Shown here in pieces: positions 63,024 through 64,000 of a DNA stretch of 64,000 nt. Made by a program: the position numbers and the translations under genes. Source of the DNA: Octopus bimaculoides (Eukaryota). Position 1 is the first letter of the stretch. The number at the start of each line of letters is the position of its first letter. Below the pieces are notes generated by a model, which had not been told where the DNA came from, ran no database searches, and saw only the letters and a program-made list of their open reading frames with translations. The DNA lies in assembly GCF_001194135.2 (NCBI RefSeq), contig NC_068985.1, positions 25,811,304 to 25,875,303 on the forward strand. The letters are read 5' to 3'.

Positions 63024-63375
63024 TTGTGTTTGTCCCTTCACCATCGCTTGACAACCGATGCTGGTGTGTTTACATCCCCGTAACTTAGCGGTTCGTCAAA
63101 AAGAGACTGATAGAATAAGTCCTGGGGTCAATTTGCTCGACTAAAGGCAGTGCTCCAGCATGGCCACAGTCAAATGACTGAACCAAGTAAAAGAGTAACA
63201 GTATGCTTAGAAAAGTCATGTATAACAAAGATATCGTGTTGTAATTTCAGTATGTGATGTGTTGTTACAGTTATGAATTTTCTTCTATTTCTTTTTCAGA
63301 ACACCTCTTGTTAGTGGTTTTCACAGATTGTTGACTGTCTGTATGAAAATAGCCAGAGATTTGCACTACTTTAAG
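10930..63375 (+). CDS. PRKDC: DNA-dependent protein kinase catalytic subunit, 5' partial gene (19 coding exons, 672 codons; continues past window end)
   Basis: 19 exons with canonical AG/GT ends splice with consistent phases and no stops. Translation follows DNA-PKcs N-terminal motifs as recalled from the human protein: PYAADLK~PYSVEIK, ALDLLI, KIPLT~KIPDT, RYEMP~RYAVP, GLLAGPCK~GLFAGPCK, EHLLV..IENFP~EHLVV..IDSFP, SYKDY~TYKDY, LLYDE..LDLT, STRTPLVSGF~STRLPLISGF. Confidence 0.96.
14645..14850 (-). mobile_element. SINE family A, 3' half
   Basis: Near-identical to 25712-25920. Confidence 0.9.
14858..15329 (-). mobile_element. Young RTE-type LINE 3' end with (GAT)n tail and tandem 3'UTR modules
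   Basis: catcatcgtttaacgtccgctttccatgctagcatgggttggacgatttgactgagg diagnostic shared by about 10 copies. Confidence 0.9.
15690..16030 (+). mobile_element. Old RTE-type LINE RT C-terminal fragment
   Basis: Decayed LHGS...ERNE...RGRPRK-type sequence homologous to 45900-46600. Confidence 0.7.
16245..16580 (+). mobile_element. tRNA-derived SINE, family C
   Basis: A-box tggctcagtgg, B-box gagttcaattccc, CORE-like tgtgttcttgagcaagacact. Confidence 0.88.
16908..17107. mobile_element. Mariner-type MITE (~200 bp)
   Basis: TIRs gagggagtgctgaaaagttcctggcttt / aaagccacgaacttttcagcacccctt. Confidence 0.8.
17435..19016 (+). mobile_element. 5' part of APE-type (CR1-like) LINE: disrupted ORF1 plus endonuclease, cut by N-gap
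   Basis: LLNAQSI, FVLTETHL, VGLYRQP, MGDFNFPSVDW, EPTR..NTFDLVFSN, LSDHDMV endonuclease motifs with frameshifts; Cys/His ORF1 segment upstream. Confidence 0.85.
19396..20260. mobile_element. piggyBac-type MITE (family 2) interrupted by SINE insertions
   Basis: TTAA|ccctttagtattcaga...aaaagg|TTAA; homologous to intact copy 55250-55469. Confidence 0.75.
19507..19895 (-). mobile_element. SINE family A, full length (tRNA head, CORE-like segment, internal microsatellite)
   Basis: Reverse complement of 32512-32920. Confidence 0.9.
20374..20444 (+). CDS. PRKDC: PRKDC exon 2: (E)SVCTLLFDKEIGVTTFLRSNANQ (71 nt)
   Basis: ttctag|...ccag|gtaaaa; LLFDKEIG resembles human LVFSRDFG. Confidence 0.9.
20500..20950 (+). 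mobile_element. SINE family D split by an RTE-tail element (20580-20835)
   Basis: aaggtggcaagcttgcagaaccgttagc head; tttcagggttgattaaataagtaccag tail resumes after (GAT)n. Confidence 0.7.
22163..22550 (-). mobile_element. tRNA-derived SINE family B with 13-bp TSD AGAAGAGTCTTGT
   Basis: TSD 22150-22162 and 22551-22563; head ggaggcgcaatggcccagtgg. Confidence 0.93.
22974..23066 (+). CDS. PRKDC: PRKDC exon 3: PTEIRHDILAMLINVQQKFGEYLQPYAADLK (93 nt)
   Basis: attag|...aaa|gtaagc. Confidence 0.95.
23810..24620 (+). mobile_element. Old RTE-type LINE fragment including PHD-like finger and RT C-terminus
   Basis: PSGRWPCSICSKG...RCTWCKLWTHKR; LLPLLVRKDLSLRVKGRLYDA. Confidence 0.85.
24929..25122. mobile_element. 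piggyBac-type MITE (family 1) inserted in the TTAA of an RTE-type tail
   Basis: TTAA on both sides; homologous to 30694-30915; host tail gaacaTTAA...TTAAacgatgatg rejoins. Confidence 0.8.
25712..26066 (-). mobile_element. SINE family A, ends at N-gap
   Basis: High identity to other family A copies. Confidence 0.9.
26419..26798 (-). mobile_element. SINE family B
   Basis: Near-identical to 22163-22550. Confidence 0.9.
27060..27134 (+). CDS. PRKDC: PRKDC exon 4: GICMLQYNQDKSAKVKNTALDLLIH (75 nt)
   Basis: ttcag|...cat|gtaagt. Confidence 0.96.
27150..27443 (-). mobile_element. Young RTE-type 3' end just downstream of exon 4 donor
   Basis: Diagnostic 3'UTR and (GAT)n tail. Confidence 0.88.
27790..28720 (+). 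mobile_element. Ty3/Gypsy gag-pol relic (protease and RT start)
   Basis: IDMRAAGNTLP (decayed DTGA protease), AKFCVVEVDGPQIVG, DPPQKCSVHLKNKLKSELQKM, EMGVIKPVKQHTNWCSS...KKKDGSLRI. Confidence 0.85.
29788..30173 (+). mobile_element. SINE family B with 9-bp TSD GATTCGGAT
   Basis: TSD 29779-29787 and 30174-30182; (CAA)n tail. Confidence 0.93.
30694..30915. mobile_element. piggyBac-type MITE (family 1), intact
   Basis: TTAA|ccctttcgtgac...gtaacgaaaggg|TTAA. Confidence 0.88.
31088..31760 (-). mobile_element. SINE family A with N-gap in its internal (TA)n
   Basis: Both halves match family A. Confidence 0.85.
32118..32226 (+). CDS. PRKDC: PRKDC exon 5: VLEASSGYYQISEVDIPGVIRKFFMELANPSKIPLT (109 nt)
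   Basis: ttcag|...actg|gttagt. Confidence 0.95.
32512..32920 (+). mobile_element. SINE family A with expanded internal (TATG/TA)n microsatellite
   Basis: gtggctgtgtgg head, gggttcagtcccac B-box, internal microsatellite, conserved tail. Confidence 0.92.
33442..33637. repeat. 55-bp inverted repeat (54/55) with 86-nt spacer
   Basis: Arms 33442-33496 and 33583-33637. Confidence 0.92.
34140..34500 (-). mobile_element. SINE family A
   Basis: Match to family A. Confidence 0.88.
34672..34784 (+). CDS. PRKDC: PRKDC exon 6: (V)KAKIYLLFGTLANHYPEFMNDNAKKLFDIYLSAMVAE (113 nt)
   Basis: ttgcag|...gag|gtaagt. Confidence 0.96.
35093..36366 (+). mobile_element. Full-length defective mariner (DD34D) element
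   Basis: TA-flanked TIRs ttgagttggcaagaaagtaattt / aaattactttcatgccaacccaa; transposase from ATG 35275 with WVPHKL, IITFDVKW, HHGNARPH, YSSSIAPSDY motifs, with stops and frameshifts. Confidence 0.93.
36466..37047. repeat. 31-bp minisatellite (cagtttttatggctggatacctgttttagta) inside an RTE-tail element; same 8-unit block on both sides of an N-gap
   Basis: Period 31 counted directly; variant order identical left and right. Confidence 0.93.
37170..37610 (+). mobile_element. Tandem pair of SINE family D copies
   Basis: Two ttctga(g/a)ttcaaattct..gaggttgact...aaattgctggccttgtgccaaaat bodies head to tail. Confidence 0.8.
37675..37774 (+). CDS. PRKDC: PRKDC exon 7: FKSSLKKPEFLVIAACLEGCNKLLLKHTPYDLE (100 nt)
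   Basis: tttcag|...gaag|gtaagt. Confidence 0.96.
38158..38385 (+). mobile_element. SINE family D (Nin/Deu-domain-like cctttcatcctttcagggtcgataaaataagtacc)
   Basis: tRNA-like head plus conserved central motif; domain name is by recall. Confidence 0.8.
39339..39493 (+). CDS. PRKDC: PRKDC exon 8: (E)GVKKYYELFQSARSAAKPDLNLSRYEMPKASLMLFENHSAFFIKFLQDCYE (155 nt)
   Basis: tttatag|...gag|gtaagc. Confidence 0.95.
41279..41371 (+). CDS. PRKDC: PRKDC exon 9: DMYDVFMKWFRHKNRELANHGQWAMEAFIYQ (93 nt)
   Basis: taatag|...caa|gtaagt. Confidence 0.95.
41407..42120 (-). mobile_element. Young RTE-type LINE 3' end with RT C-terminus
   Basis: QERRLRWYGHVVRMDEDSCVKKCHTLTVEGTRGRGRPRKTW open to stop, then 3'UTR and (GAT)n. 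Confidence 0.93.
42150..42935 (+). mobile_element. Older RTE-type LINE 3' end, opposite orientation to both neighbours
   Basis: HWYGHVMCMDEDSCVKKCHTLAVEETCGRDRLRKTW; ~68-bp UTR repeats; (GAT/GAC)n tail. Confidence 0.9.
42969..43180 (-). mobile_element. Young RTE-type 3' end (short)
   Basis: Diagnostic UTR and long (GAT)n. Confidence 0.9.
43307..43490 (+). mobile_element. Penelope-like RT N-terminal fragment
   Basis: LSKIHKDSIPLRPIESDSGSAYHPLSCFLVDIISP...GKSTSYVKNS. Confidence 0.8.
43702..43755 (+). CDS. PRKDC: PRKDC exon 10: ISQAIVEDADAPQRNMFE (54 nt)
   Basis: tttcag|...gag|gtaaac; fills the protein gap between exons 9 and 11. Confidence 0.88.
45294..45389 (+). CDS. PRKDC: PRKDC exon 11: FFLKKSNDMIKNKDSTKKEIEVAIKCFGLLAG (96 nt)
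   Basis: tttcag|...ggt|gtaagt. Confidence 0.96.
45690..46800 (+). mobile_element. Older RTE-type LINE fragment: PHD-like finger, RT C-terminus, UTR
   Basis: CRKGIGRNSIRCTWCKLWAH; VVESFHYLGDQVSSRGGCSESVAARIRIGWAKFRELLPLL; MLHGSETW. Confidence 0.9.
46836..48110 (-). mobile_element. Young RTE-type LINE, longest copy here (central N-gap)
   Basis: WPCSVCRKGVGSNSIRCTQCKLWTQKRCSNIKGRLTMKLVFVCGRCSG...VVDSFRYLGDQVSSGGGCTESVAARIRIA in one frame. Confidence 0.92.
48200..48490 (-). mobile_element. maT/DD37D-type transposase fragment
   Basis: YVWQQDSAPCHTSR...NSPDCNPLDYYVWGAVERETNK. Confidence 0.85.
49377..49616 (+). mobile_element. Young RTE-type 3' end, sense to PRKDC
   Basis: Reverse complement of the diagnostic UTR. 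Confidence 0.9.
50538..50800 (+). mobile_element. Young RTE-type 3' end, sense to PRKDC
   Basis: Reverse complement of the diagnostic UTR. Confidence 0.9.
50880..51097 (+). mobile_element. SINE family D
   Basis: aaggcagtgagctggcagaatggttagc head; gcctttcatcctttcgggggttgataaattaagtacc. Confidence 0.88.
51147..51229 (+). CDS. PRKDC: PRKDC exon 12: PCKKFHTQDDVNFMFREMLEHSKHLFE (83 nt, phase 2)
   Basis: ttgcag|...gaaaa|gtaagt. Confidence 0.96.
52648..52860 (+). mobile_element. Young RTE-type 3' end with 18-bp triplication at its 5' junction
   Basis: ctacactctcggagttcg x3 then UTR and (GAT)n. Confidence 0.88.
53304..53388 (+). CDS. PRKDC: PRKDC exon 13: (K)DSENLHDQLYSLCGYLEALSSILKEVDC (85 nt)
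   Basis: atgtag|...tgt|gtaagt. Confidence 0.93.
54767..54935 (+). CDS. PRKDC: PRKDC exon 14: ISDESLKIIEHLLVVMIENFPHVYFKYHFKCVKAILKVLLALMPKETHLREILKET (169 nt)
   Basis: ttgcag|...acag|gtatgt. Confidence 0.97.
55250..55469. mobile_element. piggyBac-type MITE (family 2), intact
   Basis: TTAA|ccctttagtgtt...aacactaaaggg|TTAA. Confidence 0.88.
55574..55737 (+). CDS. PRKDC: PRKDC exon 15: (V)YQGLLRMSHLATPLKEMEQPPRTGTFSVWGMKKEVSYKDYISLWSNLLKSSSLK (164 nt)
   Basis: ttattag|...aag|gtgaga. Confidence 0.96.
56795..56942. repeat. Perfect 33-bp inverted repeat enclosing the hammerhead-like motif
   Basis: 56795-56827 is the exact reverse complement of 56910-56942. Confidence 0.95.
56831..56892 (+). ncRNA. 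Type I hammerhead ribozyme-like motif (minimal, possibly degenerate)
   Basis: Stem I attcca/tggaat; CTGATGA; stem II ggc..gcat-loop-atgc..gcc; GAAA; stem III atcc/ggat; AUU triplet; A.A mismatch at 10.1/11.1. Confidence 0.6.
57831..57968 (+). CDS. PRKDC: PRKDC exon 16: ELSTIGYSFSDREKLTQLLYDEILSSVIHIIESLDLTINTSISQDV (138 nt)
   Basis: ttattag|...gtg|gtaagc. Confidence 0.95.
58891..59268 (+). mobile_element. SINE family B with 13-bp TSD (ACTATG/CAAAGCTG, 1 mismatch)
   Basis: TSD 58878-58890 and 59269-59281. Confidence 0.92.
59384..59514 (+). CDS. PRKDC: PRKDC exon 17: VIPPSPSTSSPMDLPTVSADPVHNIKLNCVQDHQVFYNIVNFC (131 nt, phase 2)
   Basis: ttttag|...tg|gtaatt; SADPVHNI resembles human TSDPAANL. 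Confidence 0.95.
59848..61480 (+). mobile_element. Helitron-like relic with decayed Pif1-type helicase C-terminus and internal subrepeats
   Basis: actagcagagatacccggcgttgc terminus; frameshifted PVIIKRL..GL-CN, ITI...SQ-QTL, SRV-like motifs at ~60600-60880; three diverged subrepeats. Confidence 0.55.
62223..62306 (+). CDS. PRKDC: PRKDC exon 18: (C)EFLDKNEKKMFRKWLFRYCNFLVKIST (84 nt)
   Basis: ttccag|...ag|gtcagt. Confidence 0.94.
62380..62720 (-). mobile_element. SINE family A (older)
   Basis: Match to family A. Confidence 0.85.
62777..63195 (+). mobile_element. SINE family A with long internal (TA)n
   Basis: Match to family A. Confidence 0.92.
63300..63375 (+). CDS. PRKDC: PRKDC exon 19: (R)TPLVSGFHRLLTVCMKIARDLHYFK (76 nt)
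   Basis: tttcag|...aag|gtatga. Confidence 0.96.
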
Positions 63376-64000
63376 GTATGAATTCAGAAAATATTCTACT
63401 GATGAATAAGAATCATCAGCAACTGAGACATTGATGTTAACGTTTAGTCCTATGTTAGTTTTCATCAGTCAGACCTGTAATCATAAGCATTCTAAACACG
63501 ACCATGTTGTCTCACTTTATATGGTGGGGTGATTAAGAAGTTTGCTTCTCACATTGGCACAAAGTAAACCTTATTGTGTATTCCCAGATGAGTCATAGAA
63601 AAATAAAACTATGAGGAAAGAACTTCCAATCATGGCAACCCCACCATTTGTATATTAGAAACTGTATTGTTTAATATAGCCTTAATTTAGGATGGCAGAA
63701 TGTGATTTATGGGAATTTTGCCTATTATTTTCTGTAGGTTGACTAAATTGAATGCTAATGAATGATTTGCTTTCTCTCTCTAAAGTGTCAAGCTTTAAAA
63801 GAAAAAAAAGCTAACTGCTGTAGTCTTACACTTTCTATCTCATATCTTCAGAGTGGGTGGTGAAAGTAACAAGTTAACTAGTTCATTACTTCAGCAAAGA
63901 AGTAGCTTTAGAGGCAATGTGAATTATGGAAAGGGATAGAAGGGGAGGGTTTTTTTAAGCTACATATATGCATAACAACACCTTAAAATCATTATTATAT

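Overview
Eukaryotic, AT-rich, repeat-dense draft-assembly window with about 10 N-gaps. The SINE/LINE repertoire looks like coleoid cephalopod DNA, most likely Octopus (inference). The main feature is the 5' part of a DNA-PKcs gene (PRKDC) on the + strand: 19 GT-AG coding exons from 10930 to 63375 that splice in phase into 2016 nt (672 codons) of N-terminal HEAT-repeat region, with the gene continuing beyond the window. Introns and the upstream 11 kb hold several tRNA-derived SINE families, RTE-type LINE fragments, and CR1-like, CRE-like, Penelope-like and Gypsy relics. DNA transposon relics include mariner, Tc1, maT, piggyBac-type MITEs and Helitron-like pieces. The two most striking observations are a hammerhead-ribozyme-like core enclosed in a perfect 33-bp fold-back in PRKDC intron 15, and a 596-bp TIR/TSD-bounded element built around a (CCCTAA)n-(TTAGGG)n palindrome. 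Also notable: a sharp CpG drop about 1.5 kb into the gene, young LINE tails next to splice donors, a PHD-like finger inside the RTE ORF, and a probable false duplication across a gap. All alignments and counts were done by eye; family names are by motif recognition, not database search.
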